A stretch of DNA of 24,737 bases from NCBI GenBank assembly GCA_039683575.1, contig JBDKRC010000247.1, positions 1 to 24,737 of the forward strand, written 5' to 3'. Of the stretch, positions 1 to 8,252 are shown one piece after another. Position 1 is the stretch's first letter. Every line of letters begins with the position of its first letter. Below the pieces are notes generated by a model. That model was given only the letters and a program-made list of their open reading frames with translations. It searched no databases and was not told where the DNA came from. The translations under genes were made by a program, and so were the position numbers. The DNA is from Armatimonadia bacterium. Lineage in GTDB: Bacteria > Armatimonadota > Zipacnadia > Zipacnadales > UBA11051.

Positions 1-117
1 AACAATGCGGCTGCGCAGCACCATCCGCTGCGGCGCAGTCAACTGACGCGTAGTCTTCTCAAGGTGCTGACGGTCAGCGTCGGAGAGGACAATTGGAACG
101 GCTCGCGGACCAGGCAT
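1..117 (-). CDS. IS630-family transposase, N-terminal HTH region (partial, runs off window)
   Basis: Hand translation gives MPGPRAVPIVLSDADRQHLEKTTRQLTAPQRMVLRSRIV, which matches the IS630 N-terminal pattern (L-S/T-xxER..L...R...A.....RARIVL). AAGGAG RBS upstream. Not in the ORF track. Confidence 0.8.
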   Translation of the reverse strand, partial: MPGPRAVPIVLSDADRQHLEKTTRQLTAPQRMVLRSRIV

Positions 118-209
118 AGGTCACTCCTTGGTGAAATCATCTGCCTATTCCACAAGCCAGCCGAAATCCTTTTATTTAACTGTTTAGATATTTACTGGAC
201 AAGACACTA
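1..209 (-). mobile_element. IS630-family insertion sequence, left end (continues beyond window start)
   Basis: Transposase N-terminus at 117..1. An AT-rich subterminal region ends, on the minus strand, in C|TA|GTGTCTTGTCCAGTAAA, with TA at 208-209 inside CTAG, the typical IS630 target. The other end is not in the window. Confidence 0.7.
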
Positions 210-210
210 G

Positions 211-234
211 TCGCGGTCTGGTGACCGCTCCTAC
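211..234 (-). repeat. GTAG-type REP element
   Basis: Minus strand GTAG-GA-GCGGTC-ACCA-GACCGC-GA: GTAG tetranucleotide plus hairpin, just downstream of a stop codon. Confidence 0.65.
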
Positions 235-245
235 AGGCGGCCGGG

Positions 246-1496
246 TCAGGGCTTCAGTTGCGAGCCTAGGTAGTCCGTCAGGAGGGCTGAGGACGAACGG
301 GCATCGCTCTGCGGGCGCTGCAGATACGGGAGGTCCTGGCCCTGGATCACCAACAGGGCGTTGGCCTGGGCCTCTGTCGCGGAGGCAGCAGGATCGGTCA
401 CCGCCGGGGGGATGGCTATGGCGTCCCATTCGGATCGGCCGAAGCTCAGGGACCAGTTTAGTGTCCAGGTATAGTGGTGATGGAAGGTAGCAAAGTCGGA
501 CGCCTGGGCGGCAGCAGGGATGGCGAAGATGACCAGGTCTGGCTTGGGCAGGTTCGGGTTGTCGCGCATACCCATCCAACCCCGGGCTTTGGCGGAGGCT
601 TCGAGCTGGGCGAGGGACAGATCGGCCGTCTCCCACCGCTCTACCTCAACTTGGGCGTCTGGGTAGAGTGTCTGCAGCGCAGGACCAATGAGGGCATCAT
701 AGGGCGGCATGGCCACAACGTGGAGAGGCTGGTTGGCGGTGAGTTTGGCGGCTACGTGAGGCAGGCCGGGGAGAAAGCCGACGTCGGCGAGGGTTACTTT
801 GCGGCCGGTGATGGTCTCGGCCATCACCTCGGCGAAGAGCTTGTGGCCCCTCATGTTGGGGTGGATGTTGTCACTCATCAAGGCCGTCAACTCGCGCGGG
901 TTGCGCTGGCCTACGGTCTCGTAGGCGGCGAAGCAATCCGCGAGAGGCACCTGCAACTCAGCCGCCAGCCGACGGACGATCTCCGCATGGGCGCGGAGCT
1001 TGTCCATAGGTCGTGAGGGGTCGGTGCCGATGGTGTTGGGGGTACAGAGGACGACTTCGGCGCCCGCGGCGCGGCACTTATCCACGATCTGGCGGAGGTT
1101 TGCTTCGTAGGCTTCGGGGGTAGCGCGGGCAACGTCGTTCATGCCGAACATGACAACCACGACGTCGGGGTGGTGGGCGAGCACGTCCTTATCCAGGCGG
1201 CGCAGGCCGTCCCCGGAGACGTTGCCGCTGAGGCCCGCATTGATGGTCTCCAGCTTGGCCAGCGGATAGAGGCGCTGCAGGGCGAGGCCAAGCATCTCGG
1301 TCCAGGCGCGACGGCCACCGGTGTGGTAGTAGACGCCGGTGATGCTGTCACCAAGGCCGGCGATCTTGACGACGCGTTCCCCCGAGGCGAGGGCTTCGTT
1401 GACTTTCATGGGAGCGGTGGCTCCTGGGTGGAGGGTGATGAGCGCGAGGATGAGAAGAGCGCTGCGGGTCTTCATGGGGGGAGGTTCGCTAAGCAC
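246..1496 (-). CDS. Secreted SGNH/GDSL-family hydrolase with additional C-terminal domain
   Basis: Signal peptide. Blocks GDSITG, NAGLSG, FGMND and DNIHPN. The true start may be ATG 1475 (MKTRSALL). Confidence 0.85.
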   Translation of the reverse strand: MLSEPPPMKTRSALLILALITLHPGATAPMKVNEALASGERVVKIAGLGDSITGVYYHTGGRRAWTEMLGLALQRLYPLAKLETINAGLSGNVSGDGLRRLDKDVLAHHPDVVVVMFGMNDVARATPEAYEANLRQIVDKCRAAGAEVVLCTPNTIGTDPSRPMDKLRAHAEIVRRLAAELQVPLADCFAAYETVGQRNPRELTALMSDNIHPNMRGHKLFAEVMAETITGRKVTLADVGFLPGLPHVAAKLTANQPLHVVAMPPYDALIGPALQTLYPDAQVEVERWETADLSLAQLEASAKARGWMGMRDNPNLPKPDLVIFAIPAAAQASDFATFHHHYTWTLNWSLSFGRSEWDAIAIPPAVTDPAASATEAQANALLVIQGQDLPYLQRPQSDARSSSALLTDYLGSQLKP

Positions 1497-1550
1497 ATTG
1501 GGGAGCCCTTTCCGGTTGGAGAGGGCGTTTTCGTGCGGGCTGGGGAGACG

Positions 1551-3143
1551 TCAGACGGCAGGTGGCGTGAACAGGTAGAGCTTGATGTACGCGTCCCAGG
1601 CGGGGCGACGGAGGATTTTGGTGAGCATTGCCTGCTCGCGCGGAGTGCGGGGCCTGATCGGGAAGATCTGCTCGGTGAAGCCGTGCTTGAGCAGGCGGTC
1701 GCGCAGGGACATGCTGAGGGTAATCATCTCCTGCGAGCCCCGGTCACGGGTGATGAGCCAGATGCGGCGGTTGAACATGACCTTGCCCTCCGCGAGGCCA
1801 TAGAATTCGGGATCGTGGCCCACCTCGGCGCGGCCGTGGTAGTAGCGGACGAAGGCGTTCTCGGCGGAGACGATGAGGTCGCCGGGGCGGTCGTTCTCGG
1901 CGATGATTCGGCCAACCTGACGCCAGGGAGGGGCAAAGGCGGGGTTCAGGAGTTGCTCGCGCTGGTAGTAGTTGCTAAGCCCGTAACCCCACACGAGCAC
2001 CAACACCAGCAGGAAGACTACGGCCACCCGCGGTGGGCGACACAGGGCAGTGAGGCCGCACGCGAGCAGCAGGTAGGCCAGCGGGATGGTGAACATGGCG
2101 AAGCTGGTGACGCGGTTGGGCGGGACGTTGGCGCCGATTGTGGACATGGTGAGGGTGGCGAGGACGATTGTGATTGGCCACAGCCACAAGGTGAGGGCGG
2201 TTTCGGCGTTGCGGCGATGGGTGTAGATCAGGCCAGCAACGAGGAGGACGGTGGTGATGAGGACGGCGGGGATGGTGAGGCCGAAACGCCACGGGTCGAT
2301 GGCTTCGCCGGTGGCGAGAGAGAAGACCGGGAGGGCGAGTTTGACCAGGGTTCCCCAGAGCGAACCCGCCAGAGGGTCGGACTGGATCTGAGCGACGACA
2401 GCGGCTTTGGCGCGCACCATGATGATGAGCGGGATGAGCGGAATAAGAGCGAAGGCAGCACTTCCGGCGACGTAGCCGAGTGTGCGGTAATCGCGGCGAA
2501 CAAGGAGCATCAGGCCATAGAGCGCGAGGGCGGCGAGGGCGATCTGGAGGCCGAGGAAGTCAGTATAGCCAAGGGCAGCGATGGCGAGGGCAAGCAGCAG
2601 GGCGCGCCACCAGACCGGGCGGCTGAGGACGAGGAGGGCGAGGTAGACGGCCAGCATGGTCAGAGCCGCGGTCATGGAGTAGTAGCGGCCCAGGCGGAAA
2701 TACATCACCACGAGGGGCGAGAAGGCCATGAGCCAGGCGGCGAGGAGGCCTTCGCGGCGAAGCCCGAGGCGGAAGGCGATCAGCCAGCCCAGGGCCCAGG
2801 TGAGCAGGGCCCAGGGGATCGAGAAGGCGCGCAGCCAGCCGTCGGAGACGTGTCCATCGGGGGCGGTGCCGGCCCGCAGCCAGAAGTGCAAGAGCAGCGG
2901 ATAGCCGGGCGGATGGGAGGCGTCGCCGAACATTGCATGGTGGAGGTTGTCGCCGCCGGCGGCGAGGGAGAATTCCTCGTCGGTCCAGAGCTCCCGCCCG
3001 CCGAGGTCACACACAAGCAGGCAGGCCAGCAGGAGGCCTGCCGCGAGGAGGTTGATCCGGACCGCATGCCGGGTAGGCTGCAGGTCCGGATCAACCCAGG
3101 ATAGCGGAGCATTGGCCTCAGACGTCGCGATAGATCTTCCCAC
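1551..3143 (-). CDS. ArnT/PMT-like (GT39/GT83, GT-C fold) membrane glycosyltransferase
   Basis: LWTDE, HPPGYPLLLHFW, LRAFS and RYYS motifs and many TM helices. The start codon is uncertain, and the ORF-track start overlaps the upstream gene. Confidence 0.8.
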   Translation of the reverse strand: MGRSIATSEANAPLSWVDPDLQPTRHAVRINLLAAGLLLACLLVCDLGGRELWTDEEFSLAAGGDNLHHAMFGDASHPPGYPLLLHFWLRAGTAPDGHVSDGWLRAFSIPWALLTWALGWLIAFRLGLRREGLLAAWLMAFSPLVVMYFRLGRYYSMTAALTMLAVYLALLVLSRPVWWRALLLALAIAALGYTDFLGLQIALAALALYGLMLLVRRDYRTLGYVAGSAAFALIPLIPLIIMVRAKAAVVAQIQSDPLAGSLWGTLVKLALPVFSLATGEAIDPWRFGLTIPAVLITTVLLVAGLIYTHRRNAETALTLWLWPITIVLATLTMSTIGANVPPNRVTSFAMFTIPLAYLLLACGLTALCRPPRVAVVFLLVLVLVWGYGLSNYYQREQLLNPAFAPPWRQVGRIIAENDRPGDLIVSAENAFVRYYHGRAEVGHDPEFYGLAEGKVMFNRRIWLITRDRGSQEMITLSMSLRDRLLKHGFTEQIFPIRPRTPREQAMLTKILRRPAWDAYIKLYLFTPPAV

Positions 3144-4143
3144 AGAGTATGCTGTCGAGGTCTTTGTTGACCGTGTTCCGAGGGGCCTCGCCGGCGATAC
3201 CGGCCTTCACGTCATCCATGATCTTGTAGCGGATATCCCAGCCAGCCTCGATCGACATCCAGCCGATGTGCGCCGAGAGCGTGGCGTTCGGGGCGCTGAA
3301 CAGCGGCATGTCCGGCGGCGGCGGCTCCTTCTCATAGACGTCGATGCCGGCGCCGGCGATCCAACCCTCATGCAGGGCCTTCGCCAGGGCCTCGGTCTTG
3401 ATCAGGCCGCCGCGGGCGGTGTTGATCAGAATCGCGCTCTTCTTCATCATCTGCAACTGGGGCTCGTCGATCATGTGGCGTGTCTCGTCGGAGAGCGGGG
3501 TGTGGAGGGTGATGATGTCAGCTTCGCGCAGGACGGTCTCGAAGTCGTAGACCTCGTCAATGCCCAGCGCGCCCTTCTGGCGCTCGTCAATGAACGGGTC
3601 GCAGACCATGACCTTCATGCCCAGGGCCTTCATGATGCGGGTGACGCGGCCACCGATGCGTCCGCAGCCGATGAGGCCGAGCGTCTGGCCGAAGAGGCGG
3701 TGGACGTCGCCCATGGGAGCGAAGTTCCAGATCTGGGTCTCGGCGGCGTCCTTGAGCACGTCGAGGCTGGCGAAGAGCTTGCGGGCGCAGCACATGATCA
3801 GCGCCACGGTCTGCTCGGCGACCTCGGTCGCGCAGTAGTCGGGCTGGTAGGCGAAGCGGATGCCCTTTGCGGTGCAGGCGGGGACGTTGACGTTGTCATA
3901 GCCGATGCCGTGGCGGATGAGCAGGACGCACTTGTCGAGGGAGTTGATGACTTCCTCATCGAACGTGGCCATGTTGACGACGATGATGTCGGCGTCCTTG
4001 CACTTCTCGATGAGTTCGGCCTTGGGCGACTGTTTGAGCTGGTAATACTCGAATGTGACGTTCGGGAGCTTCGCGAACTGCTCGACTTCCCAGTCGAGGT
4101 CATTTTCGATGTAATCGGTGATAACTACTTTCCATTGTTTCAC
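3118..4143 (-). CDS. D-2-hydroxyacid dehydrogenase (CtBP/SerA-like), NAD-dependent
   Basis: RHGIGYDNV, GLIGCGRIG, LHTPLSDETRHMI, INTARGG, DVYEKEP and SAHIGW motifs. GTG start with AAAGGAG RBS. Confidence 0.9.
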   Translation of the reverse strand: MKQWKVVITDYIENDLDWEVEQFAKLPNVTFEYYQLKQSPKAELIEKCKDADIIVVNMATFDEEVINSLDKCVLLIRHGIGYDNVNVPACTAKGIRFAYQPDYCATEVAEQTVALIMCCARKLFASLDVLKDAAETQIWNFAPMGDVHRLFGQTLGLIGCGRIGGRVTRIMKALGMKVMVCDPFIDERQKGALGIDEVYDFETVLREADIITLHTPLSDETRHMIDEPQLQMMKKSAILINTARGGLIKTEALAKALHEGWIAGAGIDVYEKEPPPPDMPLFSAPNATLSAHIGWMSIEAGWDIRYKIMDDVKAGIAGEAPRNTVNKDLDSILCGKIYRDV

Positions 4144-4225
4144 GGGTCCGGATCTCCTTTGCGGCTCTGAATGGGGGAGTATTCGTCGAAAAGCGGAGGG
4201 GGACCTGCGTGGGGAGGGAGCCTGT

Positions 4226-4239
4226 CAGGATGGGCAGGA
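4226..4239 (+). repeat. Dispersed intergenic motif CAGGATGGGCAGGA, copy 1
   Basis: Exact 14-nt match to 12225-12238. Both copies are preceded by TGGGG(G)AGGGA. Confidence 0.5.
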
Positions 4240-4250
4240 CGGAGGGCTGA

Positions 4251-4622
4251 TCAGGAGCCGGGCAGGTACTCGACGTCTTCGATGTTGGCGAAGTGGAAGT
4301 CGCTGGTAACGAGCGTCGCGCCGTGCACGCGAGCGGTGGCGTAGACTATGGCGTCGGCCATGCCCAATCTGTGCTTGAGGGCGAGTTCTGCCGCGAGGAG
4401 GGCGATGTTGTCTGTCAGCGGCGCGAGTTGCTTGGTCTTCATCTGGACCGCGGTCTGGGCCGCTAGTTCCTCCGAGATGTCACGAGAGATGACCTTGTAG
4501 ACCTCGTACATGACAACCGTGGGGACGAGGACGTTGTCGGCAAGGAGATAGTCGCGGTAAGTCTCCGCGTTGGGGCCCTTGAGGATGAAGTCGAGCCAGC
4601 CGCAGGAGTCGATGAGTTTCAA
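4251..4622 (-). CDS. vapC: VapC-family PIN-domain toxin
   Basis: IDSCGW...YEV...ADAIVYATA...LVTSDFHF PIN acidic residues. TTG start overlaps the antitoxin stop. Confidence 0.88.
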   Translation of the reverse strand: MKLIDSCGWLDFILKGPNAETYRDYLLADNVLVPTVVMYEVYKVISRDISEELAAQTAVQMKTKQLAPLTDNIALLAAELALKHRLGMADAIVYATARVHGATLVTSDFHFANIEDVEYLPGS

Positions 4623-4831
4623 AGTCGGTCCTCCTCGTCTTCGATTGGACCGATCTTGGCACCGGCGGCGATGCCATAGAGTTCCTTGAGCGGGCGAAGG
4701 GGTACCAGGGTGACCTGGCGGCCCTTCACCAGCGGAACGAGCTTCTCGCCCGCCTTCCAGCCAGCGATTTCTCTTACTGCTTTGGGAATGACTATCTGGT
4801 ATTTGGATGAAAGGGTGATTGTTTCTGACAT
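4619..4831 (-). CDS. AbrB/MazE/SpoVT-family antitoxin
   Basis: MSETITLSSKYQIVIPKAVREIAGWKAGEKL is an AbrB swapped-hairpin signature. 70 aa from ATG 4831. The longer ORF-track start lies upstream of the promoter. Confidence 0.88.
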   Translation of the reverse strand: MSETITLSSKYQIVIPKAVREIAGWKAGEKLVPLVKGRQVTLVPLRPLKELYGIAAGAKIGPIEDEEDRL

Positions 4832-4837
4832 TTCTCG

Positions 4838-4854
4838 ATATCGTCTTACGATAT
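4838..4854. promoter_or_regulatory. Putative antitoxin operator (inverted repeat)
   Basis: ATATCGT-CTT-ACGATAT perfect IR between the -10 box and the ATG, with an adjacent palindrome TATCGATA at 4858-4865. Confidence 0.6.
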
Positions 4855-4868
4855 TACTATCGATAAGA

Positions 4869-4897
4869 ATTATATAAGAATATGGGCCACCTGTCAA
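4869..4897 (-). promoter_or_regulatory. Sigma70-type promoter of the AbrB-vapC operon
   Basis: Minus strand TTGACA-17 nt-TATAAT, perfect consensus. Confidence 0.85.
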
Positions 4898-4972
4898 GGC
4901 GAGTGGCGGGTCGTTGTTCGGAACAGGCGAGAAGCCTGCGGGGAGAGGCATGTGCCCGGCAGGGACGAGGCG

Positions 4973-6244
4973 TCACGGCAGCTCAGGTTCCGTTGTCGCT
5001 TCGGACTCGTCGAGAGCCTGGGCGACCGCAGACGGCGGTACGGCTGACTTGGGCGGGAGTTTGATGAGGGAGGAGAAGATCATCATCAGCAAAGCTATGC
5101 CGCCGCCGCCTATGAAGACCCACCAGTGGCCGTACTTCATCCAGACCAGGCCGCCGAGGGTGGGGAGGGTCATGGACATGGCGTGGTCGAGGGTAATGCC
5201 GAGGCTGAGGCTGGCCGTGACGTCTTCGGGGCGCTGAGCGATCTTGGCGAGGTAGGTCGTGCGGGCGTTGCCGACGCCGAACATGACCTCGTCGAGCACG
5301 AAGCAGGCGAAGGCAACGTATATGCCCGCAGGGCCGAAGAAGTGCGCCCCGCCATAGCCAAGGCAGATCAGCATGAGGATGAAGGAGTCGAGCACAAGAA
5401 CCCTGCGCTCGCCCCAGCGGTCGATGAGGCCGCCGATGGCGGGGTTGGTGAAGACCGTGAGCATCGAGTTCATGATGCCCAGCTTGGCGAAGGTGACAAC
5501 GTTGCGGTGGAAGACCTTGATGAGTACCCACGGGCCGAAGGTGATGAAGAGTTGCTTGCGGGCCCCGAAGAGCAGGCAGAGGACGTAGTAGAGCCAGTAT
5601 TTGCGGTTCCAGACGAGTTTGGGGCGGGCGGTCTGGCGGCCGATGCCGCGCATGAGAAAGAAGGTGATGGAGCCGCAGAGGGCCATGACGCCGCCAGCGG
5701 CGAAGATGAGCCAGAAGGGGGGGCTGGACTGGCCGGCGCTAACCGCCCACGCGAAGCCGGCGCCGAGGATGGTGCCGGCGGCACCGAGGGAGGACACCTG
5801 GCCGAGACGGCGGCCGTGGCGCGTTTCGTGGGCAAGGCTCATGCCGATGGCCGACCGGACCGGCATGATGACATGGCTGCCGATGGCCCAGAGGATGGTG
5901 TAGAAGACCATCCAGTTCCAGGCGTTCTGCTCGGCGGCGTGCAGATGCACTTGACCCAGGCCAATCATGCCGACGAACGTGAGCAGGGAGGAGAGCCCGG
6001 CGACGCGGGTCTCAGGCAGGCAGGCGAGCGCGCCAGTGAAGAAGACGACAAGGAAGCCCGGGAGTTCGCGGGGGAACTCAAGCATGCCGCGGGCTTCGGC
6101 GTTGATGTGGAAGACGCCGTCGAGGAAGTTGTTGTAGGAGGTGCCAAAGCAGCCGCTGGCAACGCCGAAGAAGGCGATACCGAGGAAGTAGAGGAGCAGT
6201 TGTGGGCTGGCCTGACGGAGGCGCTGGGGCAGATTGGCAACCAT
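4973..6244 (-). CDS. MFS transporter
   Basis: About 12 hydrophobic segments, LEFPRELPG and GGLIDRWGERR (motif A). The start is probably ATG 6244 or 6256, because the ORF-track extension crosses a terminator and the neighbouring gene. Confidence 0.85.
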   Translation of the reverse strand: MVANLPQRLRQASPQLLLYFLGIAFFGVASGCFGTSYNNFLDGVFHINAEARGMLEFPRELPGFLVVFFTGALACLPETRVAGLSSLLTFVGMIGLGQVHLHAAEQNAWNWMVFYTILWAIGSHVIMPVRSAIGMSLAHETRHGRRLGQVSSLGAAGTILGAGFAWAVSAGQSSPPFWLIFAAGGVMALCGSITFFLMRGIGRQTARPKLVWNRKYWLYYVLCLLFGARKQLFITFGPWVLIKVFHRNVVTFAKLGIMNSMLTVFTNPAIGGLIDRWGERRVLVLDSFILMLICLGYGGAHFFGPAGIYVAFACFVLDEVMFGVGNARTTYLAKIAQRPEDVTASLSLGITLDHAMSMTLPTLGGLVWMKYGHWWVFIGGGGIALLMMIFSSLIKLPPKSAVPPSAVAQALDESEATTEPELP

Positions 6245-6260
6245 GGCTGAGAGCATCCCC

Positions 6261-6297
6261 AAGAGAATGGGCCGGGGACGTTTGCCCCGGCCCATTC
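6261..6297 (-). terminator. Probable intrinsic terminator after the CaCA/Zn-ribbon operon
   Basis: 13-bp perfect stem GAATGGGCCGGGG/CCCCGGCCCATTC followed by a short TCTT tail on the minus strand. Confidence 0.6.
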
Positions 6298-6330
6298 GGT
6301 CATTTCCACATCGGTCAGGGTCTTCCTGCC

Positions 6331-6669
6331 CTAGTCGCCGCCAATGCCCTCGAGAATGTCCGCCAGCCATGACCCACGGCGCTTCTGAGGCCCGCGGAAG
6401 GCCTCCTTGAGCCGGTCGCGCTCGTCGTGACGCGGGTGGCGGTACTCGTCGTGCTCACCGTCACGGTCGCACGAACGCTCCGCCAGTTCCGGGCGGGGTT
6501 CACACGGGCGCTCTACTGCGGCGGTATCCTGACGGGCCTCGCTGAGGGCGAGGAGCTTGTCGAGTTCGCCGCGGTCGAGCCAGATGCCCTTGCAGCTCGG
6601 GCAGATATCCACCAGGACGCCGGAGCGCTCGACTTCCTTCATTTTGTCATCACACACTGGACACTGCAT
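6331..6669 (-). CDS. zf-TFIIB-type Zn-ribbon domain protein
   Basis: CPVC...VDICPSCKGIWLDRGELDKLL, then a charged His/Arg/Asp-rich linker and a KRRGSWLADILE C-terminus. Confidence 0.85.
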   Translation of the reverse strand: MQCPVCDDKMKEVERSGVLVDICPSCKGIWLDRGELDKLLALSEARQDTAAVERPCEPRPELAERSCDRDGEHDEYRHPRHDERDRLKEAFRGPQKRRGSWLADILEGIGGD

Positions 6670-6726
6670 GGGGCTTTCACTTCCTTCTGAGTTGGTATGG
6701 CGGCGCGGAACGTGAGCCGGTGAGGC

Positions 6727-7986
6727 TCAGGCCGCGTCGTCGGCCGCAGTCGGCCCGGGTTTGGGTGAGATCAGGCCACGCGTCATCTCGAACAGGCGTC
6801 GGGGCTGGTCGAGAATCAGGGTAAGGGTGGCGACGAGATAGAGGAACGAGAAGACCGAGTGCATCTGGTCGGGGTGCAGGCCGAAGAGTTGGCCGCCGGG
6901 CAGGGCGTTGACCGCCACGGGCGCGACCAGTTGGCCGGCGAAGAGCGTGAAGAGCAGGACGGCATGGCCGGGCGTCAGGCGCAGGAGGCACAGCACGGTC
7001 ACGCCAAGCAGAGACTGCGCGGCGGTGAGCAGGATTTCGCTCATCTGCAGCCCACCCAGGGGAATCGGGTGATCCAGGGCCCCGTGGGCGAGAGCGAAGA
7101 CGGCTGGAATCATGCCCACGAGCAGAGTCCACTGGTTGAGCTTGGCTGAAAGAAGACTGCCGAGCGCCAGACCGGCGCGGCCGCGGAGGGCGAACATGAC
7201 GGCGACGGTGAACTCCGGGGCCTCGGAGGCCAGCGGGGCGAGCCATTGGACCAGGAGGAACTTGCTGATGCCAAGGGCCTCGCCGGTGCCGATGAGACCC
7301 TCGCAGAAGCGTTCGGCGTTGGTGATGATGACACCGGCCGCGAAGGCGAACATGACCGCGGTGGTGAGGCGCCGCTTCAGCCGGGGCAGGGCAATCAGGT
7401 ACTCCGCCGGGCCCTCGACATGGCACTCGGCACAGGGCCGGCGGCTGGCAATGGCGATGTACCAGCCGTAGAGGCTCATGAGCACGAGGCCGTCGTACCA
7501 CATGAGGGAGCCCTTGAGGGGGATGAGCAGCGCATAGACGGTGGCGGCGACGAGGAAGGCGATCTCAGTGCGGCGCTCGGGGTCCAGAGTGACCGAACGG
7601 CGGTATTTGAACCAGAAGAGGCCGGTAACCAGCGGCCACGCCACCCCGATCAGCAGCCGGTTGGCCCCGGTCATGTTCGCGATGGCGTACTGGGAATAAT
7701 CACCGCCGGGGAACTTGCCTGCCTGCCAGGTGAAGTACATGTCCACCGCGTACTCAGGCAGGACGGCGATCAGAGCGACCACAGCGAGGGCGAGGGCTTG
7801 TGAGATGTCGGCTTGAGCGGCATCGCACGCCCAGAGCAGGAGAAACGAGGAAGCGAGGATCGCCGTCCCGGCGGCGAGGGCGGCCAGCGGCGGCGAGAGG
7901 TGAATACCTAACAGAGGGACTGCAAGGCCGGGCAGACACCCGGCAACGGCAAGGGCGACAGGCAAAAGCGGTCGGGGGAGTAGCAT
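6727..7986 (-). CDS. CaCA-family (sodium:calcium/cation:H+) antiporter, probable Mn2+ exporter
   Basis: Alpha-repeats AVLPEYAVD...ANMTGANR and LASEAPEF...LLSAKLNQ. ATG 7986 with GGAGG RBS. Confidence 0.85.
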   Translation of the reverse strand: MLLPRPLLPVALAVAGCLPGLAVPLLGIHLSPPLAALAAGTAILASSFLLLWACDAAQADISQALALAVVALIAVLPEYAVDMYFTWQAGKFPGGDYSQYAIANMTGANRLLIGVAWPLVTGLFWFKYRRSVTLDPERRTEIAFLVAATVYALLIPLKGSLMWYDGLVLMSLYGWYIAIASRRPCAECHVEGPAEYLIALPRLKRRLTTAVMFAFAAGVIITNAERFCEGLIGTGEALGISKFLLVQWLAPLASEAPEFTVAVMFALRGRAGLALGSLLSAKLNQWTLLVGMIPAVFALAHGALDHPIPLGGLQMSEILLTAAQSLLGVTVLCLLRLTPGHAVLLFTLFAGQLVAPVAVNALPGGQLFGLHPDQMHSVFSFLYLVATLTLILDQPRRLFEMTRGLISPKPGPTAADDAA

Positions 7987-8035
7987 CCGATCCTCCAGGG
8001 GTGTGGCAGACAAAGGGCCACACATGTTGATGTGT

Positions 8036-8140
8036 AGCCGAAAGTCTGACACCCGGAGAGAACCGGTCGGAGGGCCAGAAGTTGCCTTCGTATTGTTGGC
8101 CCTGTCGGGGCGAAAAACGCCCTGCTACTCCCCTTCAGCT
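8036..8140 (-). ncRNA. yybP-ykoY manganese riboswitch
   Basis: Minus strand AGCTGAAGGGGAGTAGC...GGGCCAACAATACG...GTCAGACTTTCGGCT contains the conserved AGGGGAGUA, CAAUAC loop and AGACUU elements with a closing P1. It lies upstream of a cation exporter. Confidence 0.8.
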
Positions 8141-8226
8141 TGGCGCGCATGGCGCGCGCTGCGATATTCAGTTGTGAGGTTTGAACGTCCCGCGGCGGGA
8201 TGAGAGTTCCCGGGCGGGCAACCGGA

Positions 8227-8248
8227 GCGGGCGAGACGCCCGCACTAC
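8227..8248 (-). repeat. GTAG-type REP element (second family)
   Basis: Minus strand GTAG-T-GCGGGCG-TCT-CGCCCGC, 4 nt after the glyA stop. Confidence 0.65.
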
Positions 8249-8252
8249 GCGA

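Noticed and set aside
1505..1532. Hairpin GCCCTTTCC-GGTT-GGAGAGGGC followed by GTTTT
   Set aside because: The T-tail is on the strand opposite the flanking genes and no second copy was seen, so no function can be supported.
1170..3104. 644-aa plus-strand ORF
   Set aside because: Antisense shadow of the glycosyltransferase and SGNH genes, expected in high-GC DNA, with no motifs.
4832..4951. N-terminal extension of the AbrB antitoxin
   Set aside because: It overlaps the promoter and operator. The 70-aa form fits the family.
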